A stretch of DNA of 64,000 nucleotides from Cetorhinus maximus (taxonomy: Eukaryota). The notes beneath the pieces were generated by a model. It did not search any database. It was not told the DNA's origin and saw only the letters and a program-made list of their open reading frames with translations. The position numbers and the translations under genes are program-made. The stretch's first letter is position 1. The number at the start of each line of letters is the position of its first letter. The stretch lies in NCBI RefSeq assembly GCF_964194155.1, contig NC_135908.1:15376001-15440000 (forward strand). Reading direction: 5' to 3'. This document shows positions 62,600 through 64,000 of the stretch, in pieces.

Positions 62600-64000
62600 C
62601 ATGATTTCCTCCACATCTGTAGCAAATACATATCTTATTGGCCGACGTGTTACCATTGGGCTTCCTAAGGTTTCGTGTGGTGGGCATTGAATTGTCTTTA
62701 AAACCTGCTGTTCTGTTTTTCACACCACGCTCAGTGGCAACACGGAGTACGGCGCCACTCTCCACGCGCTGCAAAGCCTGCACGTCGTTTGCGGCACTTT
62801 CCATAGCGAGAGGAAGCCGCCCGGGCGCGCTCAAAACCGATGTCGGATTTGGCTAGCAAGCGGCGCTGTATGGCGCCATCCTTGGCTCCGCCTACACGTC
62901 TGTCCCGGGGCACGTCATCCACGGCATCCCCAGACTCACAGTATTCGGTTAACTGTTTCAGATTCGCCCCGGAGGTGGCGATGGACTCTCCCGGAGCGCG
63001 AACTCTCGAACTGAACCTGAAGCGCTGCATGATGCGCGGGCGGTTTGGGCTGAAAGCGCGATTTCACGGGTTCCGGTAACTCACCGTACGACTTGGAACT
63101 GGCCGCTTTCGGGGCAGTCAAGTTTCCAATCAGGTCACGCGTTTTGCCTCCACTGGCACTCAGCGGGATAGCTTGACGTTTTTTTTTCAGCCGTAATCTC
63201 GTTCTCCACGAAATAGAACTCGAGTCGCTCGACATACTGACTCCGATCTTCAGCGTTAGCATCGTATGAATCGATTCTTCCAAACAGCTGGTAGGTATGG
63301 TTCAACTTTGTTTTACTCACATCAGCCAGGAGCAAAATACTTGTTGCCAAATGTAATAACTTGATGGAGTAGCAGGTTCGGTGAAGAAAAGGCTAAACTT
63401 CATTGAGGAGACGTGCAGAGGTCCTTGCACGTTAGACGCGGTCCTCTCTGTCGGAAGCCCCGCCCACAGGATTACCCGCACAATAAGCTCATTGGTCGAA
63501 GCCCCCCCCATCGCATCACATGATGAGTGATTGCCAGGAGGGCGGGCCAATACACCGAGTTGCTACAATGGTGAAATCGAGTTCCAACCTACTGCGTCTG
63601 GCTTCCCTCCCTTTTTAAAGGAGATTCTGTTCATTGATTCTCCTAATTATGAAGACTTGTGCCCTATAATTATAAACAAACCGATGTTTCCCATGAGCGA
63701 TTGCACTTAGGTGACATTCAAGATGGGTTAATCAATCAGTGTTTCTAACATGTAGGGCAAATTACAGACAAGTTTACCACCTTGGATGTTGACTGTTAAA
63801 CCCCAGTTCACTTACAAAGCTAGCCCGAGCCAGGATTTCTCATGTTCACAACTCACCATCAACAAACCTGAGCTAATATACTATTTGTCACCTCCCTCAG
63901 CCCTATGACCCGTGTTGGGGGGTGGATTCAACTTCATGGAAAATTATGAAAAAACTGAAAAGAAAGGAGAGCCCAGGAGAGGCTGTTAAAGTCTCCAGAA

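Larger units (their letters stand above)
49973..63554 (-). mobile_element. Old Gypsy/Ty3 (Mag-like) LTR retrotransposon A, host of nested insertions
   Basis: Diverged LTRs 49973-50178 and 63352-63554 (TG...CA), a decayed PBS TGGCAACAAGTAT beside the 5' LTR, and PPT aaagggggagcgag at 50179-50192. Relics of gag (61860-63300), protease (55112-55507), RT (LPFGVSSACAIFQ, VYLDDILI), RNase H and integrase N-terminus (LHSAHPGISKMK). Most of integrase is deleted and there is no clear TSD. Confidence 0.88.

Overview
This is vertebrate nuclear DNA. The repeat complement (CR1 and CR1/L2-group LINEs, tRNA-head SINEs, Penelope-like elements, Mag-type Gypsy) suggests a cartilaginous fish, which is an inference. 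The only host gene I can support is the 5' part of an RBPMS-family RRM gene on the minus strand, most like RBPMS2/Hermes. Its coding exons are 38497-38550 (MSTKSDEPNNNNNNNEEE), 9802-9879 ([26 protein letters not shown]) and 2157-2195 (GYEGSLIKLTSKQ), all with canonical phase-0 GT-AG junctions; the rest of the gene lies left of the window. The introns are mostly decayed LINEs and SINEs. Upstream (about 50-63.5 kb) is a nested transposon stack whose order can be reconstructed from target-site duplications (TSDs). An old minus-strand Gypsy contains a younger plus-strand Gypsy, TIR elements with 3-bp TSDs, and a very young ~3-kb palindromic Penelope-like insertion. The most unusual signals are: (i) a 28S rRNA fragment captured inside the Gypsy integrase region and partly re-copied in inverted orientation together with its Gypsy junction; (ii) TSD-flanked fold-back Penelope-derived elements of 235 bp, 322 bp and 3 kb carrying minimal hammerhead-ribozyme-like motifs; (iii) a candidate in-frame alternative first exon next to a 38-bp tandem repeat. 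There are no prokaryotic features or CRISPR arrays. Boundaries of decayed repeats are approximate.
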